DNA of 64,000 nucleotides. It comes from Coprothermobacterota bacterium. Lineage in GTDB: Bacteria; Coprothermobacterota; HKB111. The stretch spans positions 20,307-84,306 of the forward strand of contig JBBIUB010000001.1 of assembly GCA_037440465.1 (NCBI GenBank), written 5' to 3'. Each line of letters starts with the position of its first letter. Position 1 is the first letter of the stretch. Below, in pieces: positions 39,381-50,151 of this stretch. Under the pieces are notes generated by a model. It had not been told where the DNA came from and did not search any database. It worked only from the letters and a program-made list of their open reading frames with translations. Both the position numbers and the translations under genes were made by a program.

Positions 39381-40178
39381 ATGAGTTTAACTATAAGAAT
39401 GCACCAATTATCTTTTTCTTCTGTTAAAAAAGATAATCTTAATAAATTGCTCAATTTAATGGATGAATCCGATGCCAATCTGGATATCTTTCCAGAATAT
39501 GCCATGGGTGTACCTTCTACAGGACTCAACAAGGAGTATGTTCATGAAAATGCTGAATCACTTGAAGGTGAATTTGTAAACAATATACTAAAAAAAACCT
39601 ATAAAAAGAACTCTGTTGTTGTTTTTACTACTTATCTAAAGGAAGAAGAAAAAATATTTAACGCAGCAATTCTTGCCGGAAGAGGAGAAGTAAAAGTAGT
39701 ATATAAAAAAATCCACTTATTTGATGCCTTTGGCTATAAAGAATCTGATCTTTTCACTGCAGGTAGTGAGTTAGCTATGACAGAGTTCAAAGGGTTTAAT
39801 ATTGGTTTAGCAGTATGTTTTGACCTTAGATTTCCTGAGTTGTTCCGGATTATGGCTTATAAAGGCGTTAATCTTTTCATCTTACCTTCAGCCTGGTATG
39901 CAGGAAAATATAAGTTAGAACAGTGGAAGTCTTTATTAATGGCAAGAGCCCATGAAAACACTTCTTATTTTATCGGAGTCAATCAAGTTAAACCAACTTT
40001 CGTAGGTCATAGTATCATAACATCCCCACTTTGTTATGTCATTAAGGAAATGGGAGAAGAAGAAAAGAGTACAACAGTGACGCTGGATTACAAAGAGATA
40101 GAAGAAGCAAGAAATATAGTACCTACAATAGAATTATCTAAACCAGAACTTTACGAAAAGTTCAAGAAAATTATCTGA
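39381..40178 (+). CDS. Carbon-nitrogen hydrolase family protein (nitrilase/omega-amidase-like)
   Basis: A catalytic E-K-C triad region with the Cys in GLAVCFDLRFPELFR. It is 265 aa. Confidence 0.8.
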   Translation: MSLTIRMHQLSFSSVKKDNLNKLLNLMDESDANLDIFPEYAMGVPSTGLNKEYVHENAESLEGEFVNNILKKTYKKNSVVVFTTYLKEEEKIFNAAILAGRGEVKVVYKKIHLFDAFGYKESDLFTAGSELAMTEFKGFNIGLAVCFDLRFPELFRIMAYKGVNLFILPSAWYAGKYKLEQWKSLLMARAHENTSYFIGVNQVKPTFVGHSIITSPLCYVIKEMGEEEKSTTVTLDYKEIEEARNIVPTIELSKPELYEKFKKII

Positions 40179-40215
40179 CAAAACTAAACCTGATAATTGT
40201 GGTTGTTACAACCGT

Positions 40216-41424
40216 TTATTGATGTTTTGTCCTCTCTAATTTGTAGAATAAGAGGTAAAAAAGACTTATTGAAGCTGAGTACAAAACAATAGCATAATAG
40301 AAAATATTACTATAACCATATGTTTCAATAATTGTTCCTCCTATCCTCATACTTATAGCTCTTGCAAGAGAATCTGTCATATTAGCTACACTGTTCACTA
40401 CAGGTCTTTCAACAGATGTGGTTATTTCCATTGCAAAGTTCTGATTCGCTGGTCCAGACATATTCATCAAAGCTTGCCTGATAAGAAAAGAAGGAATCAC
40501 CAGCATTAAGCTTCGACTTGAACCAAGAATATACATAAAAGGTAAGGAACAGAGTTCTGTAACAACTACTGTGCCCACAAGACCCAATTTCCTGACCAGA
40601 CGGGGTGTTGTAAGGATAGCTAAAAATGTACTGAATTGAGCAAGGGTGAAAAGGATACCGATATTATTAGACGACAATAAGTGAACAGATTTAAAATATA
40701 AATTTAAAAAAGGTACGAATAATCCTGCTCCTAATCCGATTAACAACCTCGGAAGAAGAAGACGAAGTATCAAGCTATACCTTACCTTGCCCCATAATTT
40801 CAAAAAACCTCCATCTATTTCAATCTTTTTAAATGGAAGTTTTGAAAGAAAAGGTATACATAATAATCCCACGCTCAATCCGATGAACATTGTCCATTGA
40901 TAACGTAGCCCCAGATTTATTCCTTGAGAAAACATCTGTGGTAAATAACCACCAGTAAGACTACCAATTGCGTGGGAAAGTAGGTGGGCTCCTGAAACAA
41001 GACTGAATATGTAGGGCCTTTCCTCTTTTTCAGAATTATCCATAAGATACGGAGGAGTTGCCACCACAAAAACCATTTCAGAAAAACCAATGATTAAAGA
41101 GAGACCAGCTAAAATTTCCTGCTTAGGAAAAATAACCATCGTAAGTTGTAGAAGAAAAGAAATCAAAAAAGAACCAGAAAAAGCAATCTTAGATGGAAGT
41201 CTATGGACCAAAGCTGCAGCAGGTATAGCAAAAATAACATTACCCATAGCTCTATAACTCAGTATTGAACCAATCGCCCTTTCTCCCAAGCCTGCTTCTT
41301 TTAGAAATAGGTTAAACACCAGTGAAAAATATGCCCCGCCCAACCCAAAAAAAAGAAGGGCAAACAGAAGTAGCTTTATCTCTCTTTTAAAATTCTTTAA
41401 TTGGTTGATATATTCAATAATCAA
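40216..41424 (-). CDS. MFS transporter
   Basis: It has 12 predicted TM helices and MFS-like loops. Confidence 0.8.
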   Translation of the reverse strand: MIIEYINQLKNFKREIKLLLFALLFFGLGGAYFSLVFNLFLKEAGLGERAIGSILSYRAMGNVIFAIPAAALVHRLPSKIAFSGSFLISFLLQLTMVIFPKQEILAGLSLIIGFSEMVFVVATPPYLMDNSEKEERPYIFSLVSGAHLLSHAIGSLTGGYLPQMFSQGINLGLRYQWTMFIGLSVGLLCIPFLSKLPFKKIEIDGGFLKLWGKVRYSLILRLLLPRLLIGLGAGLFVPFLNLYFKSVHLLSSNNIGILFTLAQFSTFLAILTTPRLVRKLGLVGTVVVTELCSLPFMYILGSSRSLMLVIPSFLIRQALMNMSGPANQNFAMEITTSVERPVVNSVANMTDSLARAISMRIGGTIIETYGYSNIFYYAIVLYSASISLFYLLFYKLERTKHQ

Positions 41425-41637
41425 TCTTCATCCTCGAATATTTCGTTAATATAAATAGATATTATAACTTATTAACGACCGTTATAATAACCAAATATTT
41501 TAAGAGCTTATAAAAGAAGGGAAACATTAACTTAAATACTTTTAGAAAATAAAATATATTAGTCATTTCTATTTTAGGCTTGATTAGTTTAAAATAATAT
41601 TAAATAATTATGATTCTATCATTACAGGAGTTGAAAA

Positions 41638-42038
41638 ATGAATATAGTAGCCTTCAATGGAAGTCTGATAGTTGAAGGAAATACCGAAATTCTTCTCAAA
41701 GAAACATTGAAACCTGTACAAAAAGGACTACACGAAATCATATTTTTCAAGTTAAATGAAATGAATATTAAGCCCTACCAGAACTGTGGTGGCTGCGAGA
41801 GAACAGCGCTCAAGCTAAAATTATGATAGATAGATGTCAGTGTTTATGGTGTGAAAAGTACCTTCTTTAAAAACCAGTTATAGCAGGTACTGATGGTAGA
41901 AAAGGCGAACACAAAACCTTGGGTTTCCTGGGAATTGATGCCAAGGGTGATATCTTAAACCACCCAACAGCGTTAATAGAGTCCTTTCAAGAGGGAGAAA
42001 AGCTGATAACTATTAGAACAAAATAAGGAGGAGTTTAT
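41638..42038 (+). pseudogene. Degraded iron-sulfur flavoprotein (Isf)/NADPH-dependent FMN reductase-like gene
   Basis: The 62-aa ORF MNIVAFNGSLIVEGNTEILLKETL... matches the Isf N-terminus (MKI-GISGSPRKGGNTE-LLKEAL, NIKPC-GC). Stops at 41824-41832 interrupt it, and the downstream frame carries flavodoxin-like remnants (KPVIAGTDGRKGEHKTLGFLGIDAKG) up to a stop at 42026. Confidence 0.5.
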
Positions 42039-43259
42039 ATGAAGATTGGGATATTAGCCTTAACTTCCGGAGAAGAATGGAAGAATGAAAAAAATGAACT
42101 TTTAAATCAACTAAAAGATGTTTTATTCAAACAAGGATTTGATTCAGATGAGGTAACAAATAACTTTCCTGAATTTGATTATGTATTAACCTTTGTGATA
42201 ACTGGTGGTACAGAAGGTAAGTTTAGAGAAAACTTAAGATTTCTGAAACCTCCATATATAATTGTTGCTCATCCTTACTACAATTCTCTTCCTGCATCCC
42301 TGGAAATAAAAGCCTTTTTAGGTAAAAAGGGGGGTATCTTTCTTTTTGAAAAAGAAAAAGTTGAAAATGAACTTACAAAGATGCTTAAGGTCATAAAAAT
42401 AAAAAAAACTCTTAATAGTAAAACTATTGCACTTATTGGAAACCCATCTTTCTGGCTCATAGCATCTTCTCCTCCCCTCCAACTTATAAAAGAAAGATTC
42501 GGTTTAGAAGTAAAACAAGTACCACTTGAAGAGCTAATTAGTGAGTATGAAAGGTTGAAAGAAGAAGATGTATTAGACGAAGCAGAAAGTATTCTCAAAA
42601 GAACTTCTGAGATAATAAAAATAGATATAAAAGATATAGTAAAAGCCCTAAAACTTAAAAAATCCATTGAGTCTATCAGGGAAAAAGAATATTTTGATTA
42701 CCTTTCTCTTGAATGTTTCAGCTTAATCAAGCCTCTTGATACAACAGGCTGCCTTGCCCTTTCCTTATTCAATGATATTGATCTCGTTTCAGGATGCGAA
42801 GGTGATTTACCTTCAACCTTGACTATGATAATTTTAAAGGAGATTAGTGGTTCTCCCAATTTCTTAGGTAACATAAGCTGGGTAAAACAGAAGGGAGATA
42901 TTTCTGAAGTTACTCTTACTCACTGCACAATAGCTACATCCATTTTATCTTACTTCCAACTTACTACTCACTTTGAGACAGGAAAAGGAGTCGGAATTAA
43001 GGGTTTCCTTCCTGAAAACATTGGAACTTTAGCAAGAATTGGAGGAGAAAGGCTGGAAAAGATTTTCTTCAGGAAGGCTCAAATCACTAATAACCTAAAC
43101 CAGGATAATCTTTGTAGAACACAATTATTGTTGGAAGTTGAAAACTCTAAACAATACTTTTTAAAAGAACCCCTCGGAAATCACCATATCTGGACCTCAG
43201 GAAACCTTCAAAATGAACTTAAAATATTCGCTGAGATATTCAATTTAGAAAAAATTTAA
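42039..43259 (+). CDS. Putative sugar isomerase, L-fucose/L-arabinose isomerase-like (COG2407-type); assignment uncertain
   Basis: It has an N-terminal flavodoxin-like fold (MKIGILALTSG), a central GCEGDLPSTLTM motif and a C-terminal NHHIWTSGNLQNELKIFAEIFNLE, which resemble the FucI/AraA catalytic-domain Glu and His metal ligands. A strong RBS (AAGGAGGAG) is upstream. Confidence 0.35.
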   Translation: MKIGILALTSGEEWKNEKNELLNQLKDVLFKQGFDSDEVTNNFPEFDYVLTFVITGGTEGKFRENLRFLKPPYIIVAHPYYNSLPASLEIKAFLGKKGGIFLFEKEKVENELTKMLKVIKIKKTLNSKTIALIGNPSFWLIASSPPLQLIKERFGLEVKQVPLEELISEYERLKEEDVLDEAESILKRTSEIIKIDIKDIVKALKLKKSIESIREKEYFDYLSLECFSLIKPLDTTGCLALSLFNDIDLVSGCEGDLPSTLTMIILKEISGSPNFLGNISWVKQKGDISEVTLTHCTIATSILSYFQLTTHFETGKGVGIKGFLPENIGTLARIGGERLEKIFFRKAQITNNLNQDNLCRTQLLLEVENSKQYFLKEPLGNHHIWTSGNLQNELKIFAEIFNLEKI

Positions 43260-43282
43260 TAAACTAAGCTAAGGGGATTAGA

Positions 43283-44608
43283 TTAATTTGAATGGTAATC
43301 TTGAAGCTTCTTACTACCCTTTAAACGATGAAGACGTCGATTTCTCTCGTCAACCTCTTTTTTTATTTCATCAAGATCAACCGATAATATCTTCCTGTTT
43401 TTCACTACCAACTCACCATTCACTATCACTGAATCTACATCCCCCTCCTGTATAGAGTAAAGGATATGTGCAAAGAGATGGTCTTCTGGAATAAGAGAAG
43501 GTGAGTTTTTCTTTATCAGAATAATATCAGCTTTGAATCCTTCCTGGATTTCTCCAAGGTCTGATAAACCCAACACATTAGCGCCTTTTACAGCCATAAG
43601 AGGTAAAACCTCTTCTATCTTTATTATTTCCGGGTTTCGGGCAACGACTTTACCCATTAAAGCTCCCATTCTTGCTGCCTCTATAATACTTAGAGAATTC
43701 CCAGAAGTAGTACCATCCGTACCCAAACCTACTTTTACTCCTCCCCTTATAGCTCTTTCCAGAAAGTTATTGGAATCGCCAAACTTCATATAGGTTTTAG
43801 GACAATGAGCGATACCTCCTCCCATGGTTTTTATCAGTTTAAAATCCTCATCTGTCGCATAAAGGGCGTGGGCAAGTATCGTTCCTTCTCTTAAAATACC
43901 CATTTCCCGTATAACCTCAACAGGTGTTTTTCCATTCCTGTTTAAACTTATTGCTACTTCCTTTTTTGTCTCTGAAACATGAATATGACTTTTAAGCCCT
44001 GTTTGTTTACTAATATCCGCAACTCTTCTTAAAAAATCTTCAGGACAGGTGTAAGGAGAGTGAGGACCGAGAGAAATATTAAGGCGGGTGTTCAAACCAA
44101 CATAACTCTCATTAAACTTCATGGCTTGTTTGAATTTACTTTCCCAGTTTTCACCCAGACCAAAAATGGCATAAGCCAGATCAGCCCTCATGCCTATCTC
44201 ATCGTAAGCCTGAAAAGCCTTCTCCATAAAGAAATAGTGGTCGGTAACTGTTGTTACGCCATTTAGCAACATCTCACATGCACCAAGAAGTGTTCCCCAG
44301 TAGACATCGTCAGGCTCAAGGTTAGCTTCTAATTTCCAGATTCCTTCATTAAACCAGACCTCCGGTGTCACATCCTCAACAGCTCCCCTTAGAAGAGTCA
44401 TAGCTACATGAGAGTGAGTATTAATCAATCCTGGTAGAGCATAGAATATACTTCCATCAATTACCTCCTCGTTTTCACGAGTTGGAGTAGAGGTTGTCCC
44501 TGCTGTTTCTACGATATTGGTAATTCTTCCATTTTCTATAATAATATCTTTATTATTAAAAACCTTAAGTTGAGAAAGGTTAATGATATCAATATTCTTA
44601 ATTAACAT
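43283..44608 (-). CDS. Amidohydrolase, 5-methylthioadenosine/S-adenosylhomocysteine deaminase-like (MtaD/TRZ-ATZ family)
   Basis: The metal-binding HxH motif is in GLINTHSHVAMTLLRG, with later HIHVSET and GLGTDG motifs. It is 441 aa. Confidence 0.8.
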   Translation of the reverse strand: MLIKNIDIINLSQLKVFNNKDIIIENGRITNIVETAGTTSTPTRENEEVIDGSIFYALPGLINTHSHVAMTLLRGAVEDVTPEVWFNEGIWKLEANLEPDDVYWGTLLGACEMLLNGVTTVTDHYFFMEKAFQAYDEIGMRADLAYAIFGLGENWESKFKQAMKFNESYVGLNTRLNISLGPHSPYTCPEDFLRRVADISKQTGLKSHIHVSETKKEVAISLNRNGKTPVEVIREMGILREGTILAHALYATDEDFKLIKTMGGGIAHCPKTYMKFGDSNNFLERAIRGGVKVGLGTDGTTSGNSLSIIEAARMGALMGKVVARNPEIIKIEEVLPLMAVKGANVLGLSDLGEIQEGFKADIILIKKNSPSLIPEDHLFAHILYSIQEGDVDSVIVNGELVVKNRKILSVDLDEIKKEVDERNRRLHRLKGSKKLQDYHSN

Positions 44609-45553
44609 TTACCCTCCTGATCTCTTATCAAGATTAGCAATTGCAAAGAAAACCATCTCCTTAAAATGTGGTAGATTCAAATCAAATGCCACATCCACGT
44701 TAGCTTTTTCTCCAGTGATACCATATACATCCACCACTGTTCTTCCTCTAGTAAACTCCCCCGATGTTTCAATCTTTACAGCTAACTTCCTTGTTTTAAC
44801 TATTCCCTCTTCAATGACTTCAGCCACTGCAAGAGCATCATGAAGTGGAGCACCATTAAAGGAGAAAACTTCTCTGTAAGTAGAAATGTAAAATGATAGG
44901 AGATCAGCCACCTTCTTAGAAACCATACCGTTCATCATTCTAAATTTTTCCACATCTTCATTAATAAAAACAGCTTTATGAGTGGCATCCAGGCTCACCA
45001 TGGTAATGGGAAGTCCCGACTCAAAAACAATCTTAGCTGCTTCCGGATCTACAAAAATATTGAATTCCGATGCAGGAGTAATGTTACTCTCAAAAACTGC
45101 TCCACCCATAAGAACTATTCGCTCAATTTTCTGTTTGATTTCTGGTTCTTTAACCAAGGCAATTGCTATATTGGTTAGAGGACCTGTGGGTATTAAAAAT
45201 ACTTTTTCTTCTGAAGATCTGCAGGTCTCAATTATTAAGTCCACTGCATGGATTGGTTGAGGTGTAATGTCCGGTTTAGGAAGATCTACTCCTTCAAGCC
45301 CAGAAACTCCATGAATCTCTGGAGCTGTTCTAAGTTCTCTGAGAATAGGTTTTGAAAATCCAGCTGCTACCTTAACTATCCTTTCATTTATAAGAGTCAA
45401 TATTCTTAAAGTATTATCAAGGGTTTTATTAAGGGTTTGGTTGCCTGCTACTACCGTAACACATTGAACATTCAATATATTAGAACCAAACGCCAACATT
45501 AGAGCGATGGCATCATCGTGACCTGGATCGCAATCAATAATAACCTTTTTCAT
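44609..45553 (-). CDS. iunH: Nucleoside hydrolase (inosine-uridine preferring type)
   Basis: The N-terminal Ca-binding DxDxxxDD motif is in MKKVIIDCDPGHDDAIAL. It is 314 aa. Confidence 0.9.
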   Translation of the reverse strand: MKKVIIDCDPGHDDAIALMLAFGSNILNVQCVTVVAGNQTLNKTLDNTLRILTLINERIVKVAAGFSKPILRELRTAPEIHGVSGLEGVDLPKPDITPQPIHAVDLIIETCRSSEEKVFLIPTGPLTNIAIALVKEPEIKQKIERIVLMGGAVFESNITPASEFNIFVDPEAAKIVFESGLPITMVSLDATHKAVFINEDVEKFRMMNGMVSKKVADLLSFYISTYREVFSFNGAPLHDALAVAEVIEEGIVKTRKLAVKIETSGEFTRGRTVVDVYGITGEKANVDVAFDLNLPHFKEMVFFAIANLDKRSGG

Positions 45554-46479
45554 TTATCCTCCTTGGTTCTAAGAGAATAAAACACCAGAAAAACTATAGT
45601 GGCTAAATAAGGAATCAGTTCTATGAACTCTGAAGGCACTCTTAATGACTTGAAGTAAATTGCCAGAGCATTAGTAAGACCGAAAAGTATAGAAGCTAAT
45701 AAGACACCTATGGGCTTATGTCCTCCTATTGTAGAAGCAGCGATGGCTATGAAACCTCTACCAGCAACCATGTCTCTACCAAACCAGGTAACATATCCCA
45801 TTGAAAGGTACAACCCACCAAGGGCACCAAAAAATCCACTCAAAGCTAAAGCTAACATCTTTGTCTTAAAAACACTAATACCTACTGAAGATGCAGCATT
45901 AGGGTTTTGACCCACTGCTCTAATCCTTAAGCCTATTGGAGTCTTGTAGATGAGAATATAAAAAATAATCACAGATAAGAAGGATAAGTAAGTAAGTAAA
46001 TTATGCCCACTAAGCGCTTTACCTATATATGGTAATTCTTTTATTAAAGGAATATGAACTACAGGAAAAGCTAAGCTGTTGAGAGAACTGGAAACTCCTT
46101 TATCACCCGATGCCAGATAGAGAAGAAAAACTGTCAAGCCTGAAGCAAGCATATTCAGGGCAATACCAGAAAGGATGATGTTAGCTTTAAGTTTCATACT
46201 AAAATAACCAAGGAGTAGGGCAAAAGAAATTCCTGCCAGACTACCAATCAGGAAAGAAATAATTAAATTTTTAGTAAGCGCACTAACCAGTACACCAATA
46301 AATGCGGAAAAAAGCATTATCCCTTCCAGGGCAATGTTAACTGTTCCACTCTGATTGGATATGGCTACTCCTATGCTGGCATATAATAAAGGTGTAGTGA
46401 CTCTTAATATAGTAAAAACAAATCCTATAGAGAAAATACTCTTAAGAACTGCTTCCATCTTTTGCTGCCTCCTTAACAA
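45550..46479 (-). CDS. ABC transporter permease (BMP/nucleoside-system, BPD_transp_2 family)
   Basis: A 309-aa polytopic membrane protein in an operon with the BMP substrate-binding protein and a dual-domain ATPase. Confidence 0.8.
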   Translation of the reverse strand: MLRRQQKMEAVLKSIFSIGFVFTILRVTTPLLYASIGVAISNQSGTVNIALEGIMLFSAFIGVLVSALTKNLIISFLIGSLAGISFALLLGYFSMKLKANIILSGIALNMLASGLTVFLLYLASGDKGVSSSLNSLAFPVVHIPLIKELPYIGKALSGHNLLTYLSFLSVIIFYILIYKTPIGLRIRAVGQNPNAASSVGISVFKTKMLALALSGFFGALGGLYLSMGYVTWFGRDMVAGRGFIAIAASTIGGHKPIGVLLASILFGLTNALAIYFKSLRVPSEFIELIPYLATIVFLVFYSLRTKEDK

Positions 46480-47506
46480 TCAAACGATGTCTCCAGAACT
46501 CAAGAAAAGCCTGAGAAGTCACTAGTAGAATAATAATTGCCTGGATTACTGTTACCATTTCTGCAGGGATATCAGTCACTAAATTAACAATTTGAGCACC
46601 AGTGATAAGATAAGAAATAAAAAGAGATGTCACGATTATTAAAAGTGGGTGGTTACCAGCAATAATGGCAGCCATAATTCCATTCCAACCATATCCAGGA
46701 GACGCTTGCCAGTTAAATCTCCCATGGATACCCATAACTTCTATCATTCCTCCCATTGCTGCTAAAGCACCACCAAGAACAATAGAATAAAGGATGACTC
46801 TTTTCACATTTATCCCGCCATACTTAGCAAAGCTTAAGTTCGCACCAACCATTCTTATCTCATATCCCCATTTAGTATGAAAAAGAAAGATGTAAACAAG
46901 AAAAGCAGCAATAAGAGCAAAGATTATACCAAGATGGATTCGTGTACGTGGGATAAATTGAGCCAACAGTACAGTTTTAGGAATAGCATTGGAAACGAGG
47001 TAGCCAGCAGCTTGATCCCTGAAGTGAAAATTAATAATATAAAGACCTGAATAATAGAGGATAAAATTAAACATCAAGCTTGTTACAAACTCATTTATCT
47101 TAAGACGGGTTTTCAGAAGAGCTGGTATTAAACCAACAAACATCCCTACGATAAACACAAATGCAAGAAGAAGAAAGTGATGTAAACCAGAAGGGAACCT
47201 TGTAAGAAGAGCAAAAGCAGTGCCAAGAGTACCACCAAAGTAAAGAGCGCCTTCAGCTCCAACCCAAAACTGTTTTGCTTGAAAAGGAATGGATGCAGCA
47301 AGACCGCAGAATATTAATGGTGTTGCTGTTTCAAATATAAAGCTTAACCTGCTTCTTGAAGCAAGAGGACCGATAAGCAGACTTCTTATCGAAAGAAGAG
47401 GGTTATCGCTGACCAGAAACATAATAATAAAAGCCAGCGTCAGTCCAATTGAAATTGAGAGAAGGACTCTTATTAAATCAAAATATTTTAGAATAAAACC
47501 TCTCAC
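46442..47506 (-). CDS. ABC transporter permease (BMP/nucleoside-system)
   Basis: A 354-aa polytopic membrane protein that overlaps its neighbours by a few nt. Confidence 0.8.
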   Translation of the reverse strand: MRGFILKYFDLIRVLLSISIGLTLAFIIMFLVSDNPLLSIRSLLIGPLASRSRLSFIFETATPLIFCGLAASIPFQAKQFWVGAEGALYFGGTLGTAFALLTRFPSGLHHFLLLAFVFIVGMFVGLIPALLKTRLKINEFVTSLMFNFILYYSGLYIINFHFRDQAAGYLVSNAIPKTVLLAQFIPRTRIHLGIIFALIAAFLVYIFLFHTKWGYEIRMVGANLSFAKYGGINVKRVILYSIVLGGALAAMGGMIEVMGIHGRFNWQASPGYGWNGIMAAIIAGNHPLLIIVTSLFISYLITGAQIVNLVTDIPAEMVTVIQAIIILLVTSQAFLEFWRHRLIVKEAAKDGSSS

Positions 47507-49032
47507 TACATAACCTCCTTCTTTTTAATACCCAACATATAAGGTCCCAGGTCTTTCCCATTCAAATCAGGCGTATTAACAAACTCACCTACGATTTCTC
47601 CTGAATAAATAACCAGGATTCTTGTAGATAACTTAAGAACTTCTTCAAGATCTGCAGAAATAAGCAAGATGGCAGCTCCTTTGTTACGAAATTCAATAAG
47701 AAGACGATGAACGGTATCGGTAGCAGAAACATCAATACCCATAGTAGGTTGATCAGCAATAATAAGTTCTGGGCTGGAAGATAACTCTCTGGCCACAACT
47801 ACTCTTTGAATGTTACCCCCAGAGAGTGAGCCTACCCGAGCATGAGCATTAGGGGTAGCTATAGAAAAACTTTTAATCAATTCCTTTGCATATTGATTAA
47901 TATTTTTCCAATTAAGAAACAGTATATTAGAGAAGGGTTTTTTCTGATACCTATCCACTATCAAATTTTCTTGAGTAGAGATATCAAGAGCAGCTCCGTG
48001 TTTCATCCTATCTTCAGGTATGTGGGCTACACCTTTCTCCCTTATTTTCCGTGGAAGATGACCAAGAATATTATCCCCCTTAAAGATAATTTCTCCGTAA
48101 CTACTGGTTCTCAAGCCAGTAATAATCTCAGCGAGCTCAGTTTGACCATTCCCTTCTATTCCAGCAATACCGAGAATCTCACCTTTTTTTAATTCAAAAT
48201 TAATCTTATTTAAAACAGGCCTTCTTTCTAAATTCATATATGAGAGATCCTTGACTATAAGAGATGATTCCCCCACTTTAAGAGATTGCTCCACTTTCTC
48301 AAAAGAAAGATCTCTCCCAACCATAAGATAGGCCATATCTTTCTCCGTTGTATTTTCAACCATTTGAGTGGCTACAACCTTTCCATCCCTCATGACAGTT
48401 ACAAGATCAGCTACTGCTTTAACTTCTTTTAGTTTATGAGAAATAAATACTATTGTTTTACCTATCTTCTTTAAGCCCTTAAGTGTTTCAAATAACACTT
48501 CAGTCTCTTGGGGAGTTAGGATAGAGGTTGGTTCATCAAGAATCAAAAGTTCTACTTCTCTAACCAAAGCCTTAAGGATTTCTACCCTTTGTTGAACACC
48601 AATGGGTAAATCCTTTATCTTTAAGCGGGAAGGCACTGAAAGACTGTAATATTTTGATGCATCTTCAGCAGATTTCAGAGTTTTTTTAATATCCAGGAAG
48701 ACTCCTTTTCTTGGTTCTATCCCGAGAAATAAGTTCTCAGCCACTGTTAAGTCAGGGGCTAACATAAGATGTTGATGAACCATGCCTATTCCCAGCTTAA
48801 TAGCTTCGTGGGAATCAAAAATTTTTACTTTCTTACCTTTAAAGTAAATCTCACCCTCGTCGGGTCTTTCAAGACCAAAAACAATTTTCATAAGGGTACT
48901 CTTCCCAGCACCATTTTCACCAACTAATGCATGAATAGTGCCAGGTTCAACCTTCAAGGAAACACCTCTGTTAGCTACAACACCATTTGGATATACTTTG
49001 ACTATGTCTTTTACTTCAAGAATTGGATTCAT
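47506..49032 (-). CDS. ABC transporter ATP-binding protein with two fused ABC domains
   Basis: Two Walker A motifs (GENGAGKST; GIAGIEGNGQT-like) and two signature motifs (LSGGNIQRV). Confidence 0.9.
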   Translation of the reverse strand: MNPILEVKDIVKVYPNGVVANRGVSLKVEPGTIHALVGENGAGKSTLMKIVFGLERPDEGEIYFKGKKVKIFDSHEAIKLGIGMVHQHLMLAPDLTVAENLFLGIEPRKGVFLDIKKTLKSAEDASKYYSLSVPSRLKIKDLPIGVQQRVEILKALVREVELLILDEPTSILTPQETEVLFETLKGLKKIGKTIVFISHKLKEVKAVADLVTVMRDGKVVATQMVENTTEKDMAYLMVGRDLSFEKVEQSLKVGESSLIVKDLSYMNLERRPVLNKINFELKKGEILGIAGIEGNGQTELAEIITGLRTSSYGEIIFKGDNILGHLPRKIREKGVAHIPEDRMKHGAALDISTQENLIVDRYQKKPFSNILFLNWKNINQYAKELIKSFSIATPNAHARVGSLSGGNIQRVVVARELSSSPELIIADQPTMGIDVSATDTVHRLLIEFRNKGAAILLISADLEEVLKLSTRILVIYSGEIVGEFVNTPDLNGKDLGPYMLGIKKKEVM

Positions 49033-49083
49033 CTATACTCCTGAAAGAATAGGGGGAGGTTGAGAACCTCCCCCCACCAGGTC

Positions 49084-50151
49084 TTAACCACTGACGAAAG
49101 CGGTATCGACCTTAATTTCACCGTCTAAAATTTTCTTCTCCAGTTCCTTTATAAAATCTATAAATTCCTGGGAAACCAATTTTCTATAAATTTCGTTATT
49201 GGCTACTCCAACGCCTTCCTCTTTAATACCCAGAGCTTCAGCTTGACCTAAAGGCATCTTATTTTCTTTATAAAGTCTAATTGCTCTATATAAAGACTTA
49301 TCAACATTTTTAAGCATGGAGGTTACAATAAGATTGGCTTTTGCAGGATCGCTTTCAGCGAAGAGAAGGGACTGGTCAGAGTCAACGCCAATGGCATATT
49401 TATTGGCTTCTTTAGCTGCATCCATTAAACCAAGACCTGTCATACCTGCCACATTAAAAATAATATCTGCTCCCTGAGCATACTGGGCAATACAGAGTTC
49501 CTTCCCCTTGGCAGGGTCAGCAAATGTGCCTGCATAAGATACAAGAACGTTTATGGTTGGATCAACTTGTTTGGCACCCTGAATATAACCTACTTTAAAG
49601 TCGTTTATTACAGGGATATCCATGCCACCGAGAAAGCCTATTGTCTTAGTAGCATTAGCAAGTGGCATTGTAGAAGTAGTAATTTTAGCTGCCAGTGCAC
49701 CCACCAAGAATGAGCCTTCATTCTGCTTGTAAAGGATGGAGTAAACATTACTGAGGTTACCTTTACTGTAATCTACTGTAGTATCAAAGATAATATATTT
49801 TTTATCTGGATACATCTGAGCAACCTTTTCCAGGTTCTCTTGCATCTGCCAGGTTCCTACAATAATAATATCCCAATCTTGCTCCGATAGTTGGACTAAA
49901 TCTGGTTCCCATTTGGCAGGGTCATAACCACCTTCAATGGTTTTTCCTTCCACATCAAGATCCTGGATAGCCATCTTTAAACCACGATCAGCGGAATCAA
50001 AGAATGACTTGTCGCCGAGAGTTCCATTAATATAGAGAACTACCTTTAACTTGTCCACTACTTCTGGTTCCTCTACCTTGGGTCTTGAAACATAATAAAC
50101 AACTCCGCCAATTACTACTATGGCTACTAAAATCCATACCCAATTTTTCAC
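49084..50151 (-). CDS. BMP-family (PnrA-like) nucleoside-binding ABC substrate-binding protein
   Basis: An N-terminal TM/signal anchor precedes a BMP/Med periplasmic-binding fold (KVVLYINGTLGDKSFFDS...). It heads the transporter operon. Confidence 0.85.
   Translation of the reverse strand: MKNWVWILVAIVVIGGVVYYVSRPKVEEPEVVDKLKVVLYINGTLGDKSFFDSADRGLKMAIQDLDVEGKTIEGGYDPAKWEPDLVQLSEQDWDIIIVGTWQMQENLEKVAQMYPDKKYIIFDTTVDYSKGNLSNVYSILYKQNEGSFLVGALAAKITTSTMPLANATKTIGFLGGMDIPVINDFKVGYIQGAKQVDPTINVLVSYAGTFADPAKGKELCIAQYAQGADIIFNVAGMTGLGLMDAAKEANKYAIGVDSDQSLLFAESDPAKANLIVTSMLKNVDKSLYRAIRLYKENKMPLGQAEALGIKEEGVGVANNEIYRKLVSQEFIDFIKELEKKILDGEIKVDTAFVSG

Noticed and set aside
37512-39532. Antisense ORFs of 62-145 aa within the glycerate kinase, PfkB kinase and CN-hydrolase genes
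   Set aside because: They are opposite well-supported coding frames and Ser/Pro/Arg-rich, which is typical of antisense translation of biased coding sequence.
40179-40215. Short palindrome GGTTGTTACAACC between convergent genes as a terminator
   Set aside because: The stem is only 5-6 bp with a 2-4 nt loop and a weak T tract. This is too weak to call a terminator with confidence.
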